Assembly: GCA_964455095.1 (NCBI GenBank)
Contig: CAYVUV010000191.1
Location: forward strand, 3,939-67,938
Source of the DNA: an uncultured Candidatus Binatia bacterium
GTDB lineage: Bacteria > Desulfobacterota > Binatia > HRBIN30 > CADEER01
Direction of reading: 5' to 3'
DNA: 64,000 bases
Below, one piece after another: positions 32,054 to 42,418 of this stretch. The notes under the pieces were generated by a model. That model saw only the letters and a list, made by a program, of their open reading frames with translations, did no database searches and was not told the DNA's origin. Position 1 is the stretch's first letter. Each line of letters opens with the position of its first letter. A program made the translations under genes and the position numbers.

Positions 32054-34678
32054 CTAGGGGACCAGCTCGAGGGCGCGCGCCAGCGCCTCGGGAATCTTGG
32101 CGGCATTCGAGCCACCGGCCTGCGCGAGCTCCGGGCGGCCACCGCCCTTGCCGCCGACGATCGGCGCGATCTGACTGACCAATTTCCCGGCGTGCACCTG
32201 TCCGGCGAGGTCCTTGGTCACCGCCGCGAGCAGCCGCACTTCCCCGTCGTGGCGACTGGCGAGCACGACCACGCCCGAGCCGAGGCGCTCGCGCAGCTGA
32301 TCGGCGATCTCGAGCAGGCGCTTGGAATCCGCCGCCTCCACTTCGCAGGCGATGACCTGCTTGCCGTTGACGGTGCGTGCCTGACTGAGCAAATCGCCGC
32401 TCTGCTGTCCGGCCGCCTGGCGCTGCAGCTGCGCGACTTGTTTCTCGAGCTCGCGTTGCTGGCCGAGCAGGCGCTCGACGCGCTCGGCGAGGTCCTCGTC
32501 GCTGCCGCGCAGCAGCGCAGCGACCTGGCGCAACGCCTGCTCGCGGCCCTGCACCCACTCCAGTGCCCCGATACCCGTCATGGCTTCGATGCGCCGCGTG
32601 CCCGCCGCGACGCCGCTCTCGGCGCGCAGCTTGAAGAGGCCGATGTCGCCCGAGCGCTGCACGTGGGTGCCGCCACACAACTCGGTGGAGAAATCGCCCA
32701 TACGCACAACGCGCACACGGTCGCCGTACTTGTCGCCGAAGAAGGCCAACGCGCCCGCCTTGATGGCGTCGTCGTACCCCATCTCCTCGGTCGACACCGC
32801 GGCGTTCTCGCGCACGTGCGCGTTGACGTCTTCCTCGATGCGCTGGAGCACAGCATCGTCGAGCGCCCCGGTGTGGGTGAAGTCGAACCGCAGGCGCTCG
32901 GGGGCGACCAACGAACCCGCCTGGCGCACATGCGCGCCGAGCACGCGGCGCAGCACGGCGTGCAGGATGTGCGTCACCGAGTGGTTGAGCCGTACCGCGT
33001 CGCGCCGCACGCGGTCGACGCGCAGCACGGCTCGTGCGCCGCTGGATAACGCGCCCCGTACGACGGTGCCGACGTGGACGGTCAAATCACCGCGCGGTTT
33101 GTGCGTGTCGGTGATCTCGACCAGCGTGCCGTCGGCCGTCGTGATGACGCCGCGGTCGCCGACCTGACCGCCCGACTCGCCGTAAAAGGGCGTCTCGGCC
33201 GTGATGATCTGCACGCTGTCACCGGCGCGCGCCTCGGTGCGATCGCTGCCGTCGACCGCCACCGCCACCACCGGCGATTCCCACTCGTAGACGCGGTCGC
33301 CGACGAAGCGCGACTGCGCGCCGCCGTCCAACCCCGCCAGCGCCGGACCGGCCTTGCGCGCCTCGCGGGCGCGGCGGCGCTGGGCGTCCATGCAGGCTTG
33401 AAAGCCGGCCTGGTCGACGGCGAGGTGGTCCTCGCGCAGAATGTCTTCGGTCATGTCGATCGGGAAGCCGAAGGTGTCGTAGAGCTTGAACGCCACGTCG
33501 CCCGGCAGCGTCGCCTGGCCCGTCTGCTTCAGGGTGGCGCGCTCCTGTGCGAGCAGCGCCAGGCCCTTGTCGAGGGTCTCGGCAAAGCGCTCCTCTTCGG
33601 TGCGTACGACCTCCTGGATGTAGGCGCGCCGCTCGATCAGCTCGGGGTAGGCGGCGCCCATCACCTCACCGACCGGCTCGCTCATGCGGTAGAGGAACGG
33701 GGCCTCGAAGCCCAGCCCGCGGGCGTGGCGCGCGGCGCGGCGCAAGATACGGCGCAGGACGTAGCCGCGGCCGTCGTTGGCGGGCGTGACGCCGTCGGCG
33801 ATCATGAAGTTGAGCGCGCGGCTGTGGTCGGCGATGACGCGCATGGCGAGGTCGTCGGACTCGGCGGCGCCGTAGCGCCGGCCGGACTGTTGCTCGACGA
33901 AGCTGATCAGGCGGCGAAAGAGGTCGGTGTCGTAGTTGGACGGCACGCGCTGCATCACCGCGGCGACGCGCTCGAGGCCCATGCCGGTGTCGACATGCTT
34001 GGCGGCCAGCTCGGCCAGGGAGCCGTCGGCCTGGCGGTCGTACTGGATGAACACCAGGTTCCACAGCTCGATGTAGCGCGAGCAACCGACGTTGACGGCG
34101 CACTGGTGTCCGGCGACGTGCTGCTTGTCGCACGCCCCCGGTCCGCGGTCGATGTGGATCTCCGAGCACGGGCCGCACGGACCGGTGTCGCCCATTTCCC
34201 AGAAATTATCCTTCTCGTCGAAGCGCAGGATCTGGGTCGGAACGATGTCGGTTTCGCCGCGCCACAGCGCCTCGGCCTCGTCATCGGTGCGGTACACCGT
34301 CGCCCAGAGCTTGGCCTTGGGTAGCTGCCACACGTCAGTGAGGAGCTCCCAGGCCCAGGCGATCGCTTCCTTCTTGTAGTACTCGCCGAACGACCAGTTG
34401 CCGAGCATCTCGAACAGGGTGTGGTGATACGTGTCGCGGCCGACCTCCTCGAGGTCGTTGTGCTTGCCGCTCAGGCGCAGGCACTTCTGCGCGCTGGCCG
34501 CACGCGGGTTGGCGCGTTTCTCGCGGCCGAGAAAGACATTCTTGAACTGCACCATCCCGGCATTGGTGAACAGCAGCGTCGGGTCGTTCTCGGGCACAAT
34601 CGAGGAGCTGCGCACGACCTCGTGGCCGCGGGCGCGGAAGAACTCCAAGAAACTGCTGCGAATCTCGGCGCCGGTCAT
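32054..34678 (-). CDS. alaS: Alanine--tRNA ligase
   Basis: Translation from the ATG at 34678 reads MTGAEIRSSFLEFFRARGHEVVRSSSIVP...LLFTNAGMVQFK. The editing domain (HSVTHILH, CGGTHV) and the C-terminal DHHA1-like domain (GGGKGGGRPELAQAGG) are present. Confidence 0.97.
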   Translation of the reverse strand: MTGAEIRSSFLEFFRARGHEVVRSSSIVPENDPTLLFTNAGMVQFKNVFLGREKRANPRAASAQKCLRLSGKHNDLEEVGRDTYHHTLFEMLGNWSFGEYYKKEAIAWAWELLTDVWQLPKAKLWATVYRTDDEAEALWRGETDIVPTQILRFDEKDNFWEMGDTGPCGPCSEIHIDRGPGACDKQHVAGHQCAVNVGCSRYIELWNLVFIQYDRQADGSLAELAAKHVDTGMGLERVAAVMQRVPSNYDTDLFRRLISFVEQQSGRRYGAAESDDLAMRVIADHSRALNFMIADGVTPANDGRGYVLRRILRRAARHARGLGFEAPFLYRMSEPVGEVMGAAYPELIERRAYIQEVVRTEEERFAETLDKGLALLAQERATLKQTGQATLPGDVAFKLYDTFGFPIDMTEDILREDHLAVDQAGFQACMDAQRRRAREARKAGPALAGLDGGAQSRFVGDRVYEWESPVVAVAVDGSDRTEARAGDSVQIITAETPFYGESGGQVGDRGVITTADGTLVEITDTHKPRGDLTVHVGTVVRGALSSGARAVLRVDRVRRDAVRLNHSVTHILHAVLRRVLGAHVRQAGSLVAPERLRFDFTHTGALDDAVLQRIEEDVNAHVRENAAVSTEEMGYDDAIKAGALAFFGDKYGDRVRVVRMGDFSTELCGGTHVQRSGDIGLFKLRAESGVAAGTRRIEAMTGIGALEWVQGREQALRQVAALLRGSDEDLAERVERLLGQQRELEKQVAQLQRQAAGQQSGDLLSQARTVNGKQVIACEVEAADSKRLLEIADQLRERLGSGVVVLASRHDGEVRLLAAVTKDLAGQVHAGKLVSQIAPIVGGKGGGRPELAQAGGSNAAKIPEALARALELVP

Positions 34679-34755
34679 CCTCGAACCTGTAGTGGATAGG
34701 GTGCGGTGGTTCAAGGTGCCAGCCCGGACGGTGGCGCGGGCGACCGCGGTGTGGA

Positions 34756-35913
34756 TCAGAAGCGTTCGATGTCGAGCTTGTTGCGGTCGGAGTGGTCGGC
34801 GCTGCCGTCCTGCTCGAAGTCGTCCCAGCGCGAGTCGCTGGTGGAGGCAATGCCGCGCACTTTGAGCTCGAAATCGCTCGGATTGCTGCAGTGAATCAGC
34901 GCTTCGTCGTAGCTGATCAGTCCGCTGCGGAACAACGCCATCAGCGACTGGTCGAACGTCTGCATGCCGTAGGTCGTGTGTCCCTGGGCGATGACGTCGG
35001 GGAGATCGCGTGCCTTCTGCTTGTCCGCGATGTACTCGCGCACGCGCGCGCTGGCGACCAGCACTTCGACGGCGGGGACCATGCCGAGCCCGTCGGCACG
35101 CGGGATCAACCGCTGGCTGACCACGCCGCGAATGACGCTGGCGAGAATCAGCCGCGCCTGGTCGCGTTGGTGCTCGGGGAAAGCGCTGATGGTACGCGTG
35201 ATGGTTTCCGACGCATCGAGGGTGTGCAGCGTGCTCATGACGAGATGCCCGGTTTCGGCCGCCATGATCGCGGTCTCGATGGTCTCCAGGTCGCGCATTT
35301 CGCCGACCAGAATCACGTCGGGGTTCTGCCGCAAAGCCGCTTTGAGCGCCGAGGCAAAGTTGAGCGCGTCGTATCCGACCTCGCGTTGGTTGACGAAGCT
35401 CAGCCGGTCGGGGTGGACGTATTCGATCGGGTCCTCGATGGTGATGATGTGTGCCTGGCGGGTGCGGTTGATGTGGTCGATGATCGCGGCGAGGGTCGTG
35501 CTCTTGCCGCTGCCGGTGGTACCGGTGACCAATATGAGGCCGCGGCGCTCGGTGGCGAGACGCTCGATGACCGTCGGCAGGTTGAGCTCGGCGACGCTGC
35601 GGATGCGCCCCGGGATGACGCGGATGACCAGGCTCAGATGACCGCGCTGGCGAAAGATGTTGACGCGGAAGCGGCCGAGGTCCGGGTGATCGTAGGCGAG
35701 ATCGACCTGCATCTCGGCGGCCAGGCGCTCGCGGCGCATGCCGTCGAGCAGGCCGTCGACGATGTGCTGGATGGCCGGCCCGTCCAGCGGCGCCGCGCCC
35801 TCGAGGGGAAGAAAGTCGGCCCGCACCCGGAACGCGGGCGGGACGCCCACCTTCAACAGGACGTCGGACGCATCATTGCGAACGGCTTCGGCCAGTATCT
35901 CGGATAGCTCCAT
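34756..35913 (-). CDS. pilT: PilT/PilU-family type IV pilus retraction-type ATPase with a ~40-aa acidic C-terminal extension
   Basis: Shows Walker A GTTGSGKST, Walker B DVILVGEMRD and the His box GHLVMSTLHT. The PilT AIRNLIRE motif position reads ARVREYIAD, which is divergent. Confidence 0.85.
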   Translation of the reverse strand: MELSEILAEAVRNDASDVLLKVGVPPAFRVRADFLPLEGAAPLDGPAIQHIVDGLLDGMRRERLAAEMQVDLAYDHPDLGRFRVNIFRQRGHLSLVIRVIPGRIRSVAELNLPTVIERLATERRGLILVTGTTGSGKSTTLAAIIDHINRTRQAHIITIEDPIEYVHPDRLSFVNQREVGYDALNFASALKAALRQNPDVILVGEMRDLETIETAIMAAETGHLVMSTLHTLDASETITRTISAFPEHQRDQARLILASVIRGVVSQRLIPRADGLGMVPAVEVLVASARVREYIADKQKARDLPDVIAQGHTTYGMQTFDQSLMALFRSGLISYDEALIHCSNPSDFELKVRGIASTSDSRWDDFEQDGSADHSDRNKLDIERF

Positions 35914-35993
35914 GTCCTTCCCAACGATGGCTGCAAACGGGCCGCCGCGGTCAGGCGCCGCTCGGGATCGAGCGGCGAGCGCGATGCACCAGC

Positions 35994-37046
<1,053 letters not shown>

Positions 37047-37058
37047 GTGACTCTCCTT

Positions 37059-37670
37059 CTAGGCGCCGCCGAAAGGGGCTGCCCACAGCTTCGTATAGAC
37101 TGCGCCGTCGCGGCGCAAGTCGCTGCCGAACGCCGTCAGCTCGGCGATCTCGCAGTGGCCGAAGCGGGCGGTCCGCCGCGCCTCGATCGCCGTCTGCAGC
37201 GATTCCAGTCCGCGCCGCCCGCGCACACGGCCGAGGGTGATGTGGCCCTGAAACGGACGCTCTTCGGGCGCGAAGCCTAAGGCGGCGAGCGCGCTGTCGA
37301 TGCGCTCTGCCAGCCGCGGCAACGCCGCGCTTTCCACACCGGCCCAGACGACACGCGGCCGGTGCACACTTGGAAACGCCCCCAGGCCGGCGACTTCGAC
37401 CGTGCAACCCGGAAAGTCGCGCAGCGCCGCGCCGAGCGCGACCTGCATCTCGCGCAGCACCGGCAACGCCACCGCGCCGAGGAACTTGACCGTGCCGTGC
37501 AAAGCGTCGTCGCGCACCCAACGGACGTCTGCCTCGAGCGCCGCCAGCTCGCGCTTCACCCGCACGAGCGCGTCGTGAATCGCCGGGGCAAGAGTGATGG
37601 CGAGAAAGCTCCGCACGCGCTCGCCGCTGGCCGCCGCATGTCCGGCACCAGGGTCCGATGCGCCGGTCAT
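37059..37670 (-). CDS. thpR: RNA 2',3'-cyclic phosphodiesterase (2H phosphoesterase, LigT/ThpR)
   Basis: Two HxT/S motifs are present (LHGTVKFLG and GHITLGR). The ATG at 37670 lies 1 nt after the cinA stop. Confidence 0.85.
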   Translation of the reverse strand: MTGASDPGAGHAAASGERVRSFLAITLAPAIHDALVRVKRELAALEADVRWVRDDALHGTVKFLGAVALPVLREMQVALGAALRDFPGCTVEVAGLGAFPSVHRPRVVWAGVESAALPRLAERIDSALAALGFAPEERPFQGHITLGRVRGRRGLESLQTAIEARRTARFGHCEIAELTAFGSDLRRDGAVYTKLWAAPFGGA

Positions 37671-37671
37671 C

Positions 37672-38952
37672 TCACTTGCGCAGAATGGCCGACGCGGTCG
37701 GGTCTTCGCCCAGCTGCACTCGCCGCACCCAATCGAGGGCGATCTGCGAGGTGAGCAACTTGACCCAATCGCGCGTGCCCCAGAGCTGGTAGCGCCGGGC
37801 GTAATGCTGTTCCGCCGTGGCCAGCGCCACACAAACAGTCCCCACGGGTTTGTCCGCGGTGCCGCCGTCGGGACCGGCGATCCCCGTCGTGGCGAGGCCG
37901 ATGGTGCTGCCCGCCAATCGCCGCACGCCGTCGGCCATCTCGGCGGCGACCTCGACGCTCACCGCGCCGTGCGCCGCCAGGGTCGCCTCCCGCACGCCCA
38001 GCACCGAGACCTTTACGGCATTGGTATAGGCCACCACGTCGGTTGCGAAGTACGCCGAGCTGCCCGGCACGTCGGTGAGACGGTGGCCGATCAGCCCGCC
38101 GCTGCACGACTCGGCGACGGCGATCGTCGCACCCCGCGCGGCGAGCAGCTGGCCGACAACCGCTTCCATCGTCACGTCGCCCTCGCCGTAGCAATACGGA
38201 CCGACCCGCTCGCGCAGCCGCGCCGCCACCTCGGCGAGGCGCGCGTCGACGAGCTCGGGCGGCGCGTGCACGGTGACGCGCACGGAGATCTGCGGGAAGG
38301 CCGCGCGGAAGGCGACCCGGCCGAGACGCGCATCGATGGCACCCGCCACCGCTTCGTCGAGCGCCGACTCGCTGATACCGAAGGTCTGAAACGTGTGGCT
38401 GCGGTAGACGTCGGGACTCCCGCGCAGCGCCACCAACCAGGGCAGCACCTGCTCTTCGAGCATCGGCTTCATCTCGCGCGGCACGCCCGGCAATACGACG
38501 CAGTGCCGGCTGCCCCCGGCCGGACCCGGCACGGCCAGGCGGTAGCCCGGAGCGGTGCCGAGCGCGTTGGGGATGATCGTCGCGCCGTGGGGGAACATCG
38601 CCTGCTTGAGATTGTTCTCGGGCATGTCGCGGCCCATGGCGGCAAACATCTGGCGGATGCGGTCGGCGACCGCTTGATCGAGCACGAGGTGCTGGCCCGC
38701 GACTTGTGCGAGCGTCTCGGTCGTGAGGTCGTCGGCCGTCGGGCCGAGCCCACCGGTGCTGATGACGACGTCGGCCTCGTCGAGCGCCGCCTGCCAGGCC
38801 CACGCAATGCGTTCGGGATAATCGCCGACAACCATCATCGCGACGATATCGAAGCCGGCACCGACGAGCCGATCCGCGATGAAATTGGCGTTGGTGTCGA
38901 GTGTGCGCCCGGTCGTGAGCTCGTCGCCGGTGCTGAGAATCGCCGCCCGCAT
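37672..38952 (-). CDS. cinA: Competence/damage-inducible protein CinA (MoCF-binding domain plus PncC-like deamidase domain)
   Basis: Translation from the ATG at 38952 reads MRAAILSTGDELTTGRTLDTNANFIADRL...VISTGGLGPTADDLT. The C-terminal half carries ESCSGGL and TGIAGP. Confidence 0.9.
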   Translation of the reverse strand: MRAAILSTGDELTTGRTLDTNANFIADRLVGAGFDIVAMMVVGDYPERIAWAWQAALDEADVVISTGGLGPTADDLTTETLAQVAGQHLVLDQAVADRIRQMFAAMGRDMPENNLKQAMFPHGATIIPNALGTAPGYRLAVPGPAGGSRHCVVLPGVPREMKPMLEEQVLPWLVALRGSPDVYRSHTFQTFGISESALDEAVAGAIDARLGRVAFRAAFPQISVRVTVHAPPELVDARLAEVAARLRERVGPYCYGEGDVTMEAVVGQLLAARGATIAVAESCSGGLIGHRLTDVPGSSAYFATDVVAYTNAVKVSVLGVREATLAAHGAVSVEVAAEMADGVRRLAGSTIGLATTGIAGPDGGTADKPVGTVCVALATAEQHYARRYQLWGTRDWVKLLTSQIALDWVRRVQLGEDPTASAILRK

Positions 38953-38971
38953 CGCTGTGCCCCCCGCTGTT

Positions 38972-39430
38972 TCAGACGACCCAGAAGATCGCGCGCGTGG
39001 CCAGGTTGGCATAGATGCCCGACACGACGTCGTCGAGCACGACCCCGTAACCGCCCGGCAAATGCGCGTCGATGTACCCCGCCGGGAAGGGTTTGACGAT
39101 GTCGAAGACGCGAAAGATCAGGAAGGCGACGCCGGCATGCGCCCAGGTCGGGGACAGCAGAAGCGTGGCTGCCATGTAGCCCACGACTTCGTCGAGCACG
39201 ATCGCGTGGCTGTCGTGCTCGCGCAAAATGCCTTCGGCGCGGCCGGCGATCCAACAGGAGACGAGCGTCGCCAGGGCGAAGACGGCCAGGGTGAGCGGGA
39301 TCGACACGATCTGCGCGTCGGCGCTGAACAGGAAGAGCGGAATCGCCACCAGCGACCCGACCGTCCCGGAGGCGACCGGGAAGTAGCCGGTGAAGCCGAC
39401 CGAGGCGAGAAACAGAATGACGAAACGCAT
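38972..39430 (-). CDS. pgpA: Phosphatidylglycerophosphatase A
   Basis: Shows VGFTGYFPVASGTVGSLVA...ILREHDSHAIVLDEVVG...RVFDIVKPFPA, the PgpA pattern. Confidence 0.88.
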   Translation of the reverse strand: MRFVILFLASVGFTGYFPVASGTVGSLVAIPLFLFSADAQIVSIPLTLAVFALATLVSCWIAGRAEGILREHDSHAIVLDEVVGYMAATLLLSPTWAHAGVAFLIFRVFDIVKPFPAGYIDAHLPGGYGVVLDDVVSGIYANLATRAIFWVV

Positions 39431-39491
39431 GAGTCCGAAGCGCAGCTTGTAGGGAGCGCGACCGGGTGAGTCAAGGCGCCGCGCCCGCGCC

Positions 39492-39860
39492 TCACGCCTT
39501 GCCGACCAGCTTGCGAATCGCGGCGAAGCGCCGGTTCTCCTGGCGCAGGTGCACCAGCTCCGCTTCCTGTTGGCGGATCAGCTCGGCAAGGGCTTCGATC
39601 GTCCGCAGAATCCGCGTGACCAGGGTGGACTTCGACGCGCCCGCGCCGCCCCGCCGGCGCAGCGCGACGCCGCGGCTGCGCGCGACGCGGTAGTAGTTGG
39701 CGGACACGGTGCCCTCTTTGCGCCCCGTTTTCTGCGCGACGCGCTTGAAGGCATGCGCACGCGAGAGCTTCTGATCGGCAACCAGACGCTCGACTTGCGC
39801 GAAGATCTGCGCGCCGATCTGGCCGCGCTTCTTGCCTTTGCGAACCTCCGCCATGGCCAT
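39492..39860 (-). CDS. Hypothetical small basic protein (possible HTH plus C-terminal coiled coil), first gene of the pgpA-cinA-thpR-recA string
   Basis: 122-aa ORF with a GGAGG ribosome-binding site. The N-terminal half (SRAHAFKRVAQKTGRKEGTVSANYYRVAR) looks helix-turn-helix-like. The C-terminal half (ILRTIEALAELIRQQEAELVHLRQENRRF) has heptad character. I recognise no family. Confidence 0.55.
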   Translation of the reverse strand: MAMAEVRKGKKRGQIGAQIFAQVERLVADQKLSRAHAFKRVAQKTGRKEGTVSANYYRVARSRGVALRRRGGAGASKSTLVTRILRTIEALAELIRQQEAELVHLRQENRRFAAIRKLVGKA

Positions 39861-40060
39861 CCCTCCTAGCCGTCAAGTAGCTCGGATCTGTAATTCTTAT
39901 GTCCAAACCCGATGACTAATTCAAGCGCTGCGCAGCGGCACAGATAGGCGATAACCGCGCCGGCGCGCCGGGCGCGGCGCGGGGCAGTGCTCAGCGGTGC
40001 GCTGGCACAGCGCGCGGCCTTTCAGGTACAGTGCCGAGCTGATTTCCCTGGAGGCATTGA

Positions 40061-41536
40061 ATGAGCAGCAGCAGTATCTCTGGCCGCATGGCCGAGTGGG
40101 TGGCGGCGGTGACGTACGAGGAGCTGCCCCGCCGCGTGGTGGAAGAAGCGAAGAACCAGATCCTGAGCGTCCTCGCTTCGGTCCACGCCGGCCATTTCAG
40201 CGAAGCGGGCCGGCTCACCAGTCGGACGGTCAAAGAGTGGTCCGGGGGCAAAGAAGCGACCCTGATCCCGTCGGGGGAACGCACGGCGGCGCACTATGCG
40301 ATCTTCGGCAATACGGCGCTCAGCATGGCGCTGGACTACGACGACTACCTGTTTGCCGGGCACACCGGGCACTCCGCGGTGCTGGTGACGTTGGCGCTGG
40401 CGGAGAAGCTGGGCATCAGCGGTCAGGAGTTCCTGGTCGCGCAGGTGGTCGCCAACGAGATCGAGGGCCGCATCGGCGCCGCGGCGCTGCTCGGCCCGTT
40501 GAACGGCCAGATGTGGTCGTTTCTGCACCAGATCGGCGCCGCGGTGATCGCCGCCAAGGTGATGAAGCTCGATCGCGCCCAGACCGAGAACGCGATCGGC
40601 ATCGCCATGCTGCAACCGCCCTTCTGTCTGCCGACGGCGTTCTTCGGCTCGGACGCCAAGGTCTTGTTGGCGTCGATGAGCGCGCCCCAGGGCGTGCAGG
40701 CGGCCGAGCTGGCCGCCAACGGCATGCGCGGCGCCAGCGACGTATTCGAGAGCCAGCAGGGCTTCCTGCAGATGTTCGCGCACCAGGCGCTGCCGGGTGC
40801 GTTCGACGGCTTCGGCAAAGTGTGGCTCACCGAGACCTTGTGCTACAAAGTCTACCCCGGCTGCGCGTACATCGATGCCTTCATCGATTGCTTGCTGGGC
40901 TTGGTGCGCCAGCATCATCTCGACGCGAAAAAGATCCGCGCGGTGCACATCGCGGCTGGTCCGCTGACGCTCGGCATGGACGCGCTGTCGGCCCCCTACG
41001 TCAAAGGGCCCGAGACGCTGCCGACGACGCTCAGCTTCTCGGTCGCCTACAACGCGGCCGTGGCGCTGATCGACCGCGAGCTGTCGCCGCGTCAGTTCAC
41101 CAAGGACCGCATCAAGGACCCAGCCGTCTGGGAGCTGGCGAGCAAGGTGCGCCTGACCCTCGACGACGCGATGGCGCAGCGCATGCACGAGCGCTCGCCC
41201 GTGCGCATGGTGAGCGAGAACGGCGAGACGCGCGCCACGCTCGACCTGGCGACTGCCGACCTGAGCGGCTTCAAGACGTCGTTCGGGGCGCGCGTGCGCA
41301 TCGAGATGGAGGACGGCCGCAGCTTCGACATGGAGCAGGAAACACCGACTGGTGCCGGCGGCCGCGCCTTCGACGACCGGCGCAAGGCGGTCGAGGACAA
41401 ATTCCGCCGCGAAACCCGCTACACACTGCGCAAAGAGCGCATGGAGAAGGCGATCGACCTGGTGCACCACCTCGAGGACGCCAGCGCCTCGCACCTGCGT
41501 GAGCTCGTCCGCCTGTGCTGCTCGGAGCGCTCCTGA
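40061..41536 (+). CDS. MmgE/PrpD-family protein (2-methylcitrate dehydratase-like)
   Basis: 491-aa ORF. The N-terminus reads ISGRMAEWVAAVTYEELPRRVVEEAKNQILSVLASVHAG, and length and pattern are typical of the MmgE/PrpD family. Confidence 0.85.
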   Translation: MSSSSISGRMAEWVAAVTYEELPRRVVEEAKNQILSVLASVHAGHFSEAGRLTSRTVKEWSGGKEATLIPSGERTAAHYAIFGNTALSMALDYDDYLFAGHTGHSAVLVTLALAEKLGISGQEFLVAQVVANEIEGRIGAAALLGPLNGQMWSFLHQIGAAVIAAKVMKLDRAQTENAIGIAMLQPPFCLPTAFFGSDAKVLLASMSAPQGVQAAELAANGMRGASDVFESQQGFLQMFAHQALPGAFDGFGKVWLTETLCYKVYPGCAYIDAFIDCLLGLVRQHHLDAKKIRAVHIAAGPLTLGMDALSAPYVKGPETLPTTLSFSVAYNAAVALIDRELSPRQFTKDRIKDPAVWELASKVRLTLDDAMAQRMHERSPVRMVSENGETRATLDLATADLSGFKTSFGARVRIEMEDGRSFDMEQETPTGAGGRAFDDRRKAVEDKFRRETRYTLRKERMEKAIDLVHHLEDASASHLRELVRLCCSERS

Positions 41537-41545
41537 CCGCGACCG

Positions 41546-42418
41546 CTAGCTGAGCACCCAGGCGTCGTCGCCGTCGCGCGCGACCAGTGCTTCGCGCTCC
41601 AGCTTGCGCAAGTGAGCGTGCACCGACATGCCCGCGGCGGCGTGCAGAAACTCGGGCACATCGGCGTAGATGCGCTTCACCAGCGCGGGCACGGTGCGCA
41701 CCCCGGCGCGCAGGCCATCGAGGATCTGTTGATCGCGCAGCGCGCGGTGCGCCAGGTAGGATTCGACCTTGGCGCGCGGCGTGCGAATCATCGGCCCGTG
41801 CGCGGGATAGATCACGTCCAGATCGAGCGCCAGGATGCGCCGCAGCGAGGCCAGATAATCGCCGAGGTCGCCGTCGGGCGGAATGACGGTGGTGCCGGCC
41901 CCGAGCACGACGTCGCCGGTGAAGAGCGCCTTCTCCTCGGCCAGGTAGAAGCAGAGATGGTCCTGCGCATGGCCCGGGGTCCACAGCGCGCGCAACGTCG
42001 CCCCGTCGGTGCGGATCTCGTCGCCCTCGTCGATGGCGTCCGCGACCAGCGCGCCGTCGCGCTCGGGCCATGGCTTCTTGCTGACGCGTAGCGGACCGAA
42101 GCGGGCCCGCACACCTTCGACACCGCCCAGGTGATCGGCATGGCCGTGCGTGAGCACGATCTCTTGCAGAGAGTCGGCGTCGCGGACCTCGCGCATGCCG
42201 CGCTCCAGCAGGGGCAGGTACTGCGGCACGCCTTGCCCGGTGTCGAGCAGCAACGGGCGGCGACTGGTCCCGACCAGGTAGGTATTGGTGCCCGGACCCG
42301 TAAACGGGCCGGGGTTCTGGCCGAGCACCACCGCGACACGCGGCGACCACACGTCGATGTCGCGCATGGCGAGACCGATCATCGAGTCGGTCACCACCCG
42401 AGTCGGCGCGCCGCTCAT
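41546..42418 (-). CDS. MBL-fold metallo-hydrolase
   Basis: Shows the THGHADHLGG motif, then TPGHAQDH and the downstream PAHGP. The start ATG at 42418 overlaps the upstream ACAD stop (ATGA). Confidence 0.85.
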   Translation of the reverse strand: MSGAPTRVVTDSMIGLAMRDIDVWSPRVAVVLGQNPGPFTGPGTNTYLVGTSRRPLLLDTGQGVPQYLPLLERGMREVRDADSLQEIVLTHGHADHLGGVEGVRARFGPLRVSKKPWPERDGALVADAIDEGDEIRTDGATLRALWTPGHAQDHLCFYLAEEKALFTGDVVLGAGTTVIPPDGDLGDYLASLRRILALDLDVIYPAHGPMIRTPRAKVESYLAHRALRDQQILDGLRAGVRTVPALVKRIYADVPEFLHAAAGMSVHAHLRKLEREALVARDGDDAWVLS

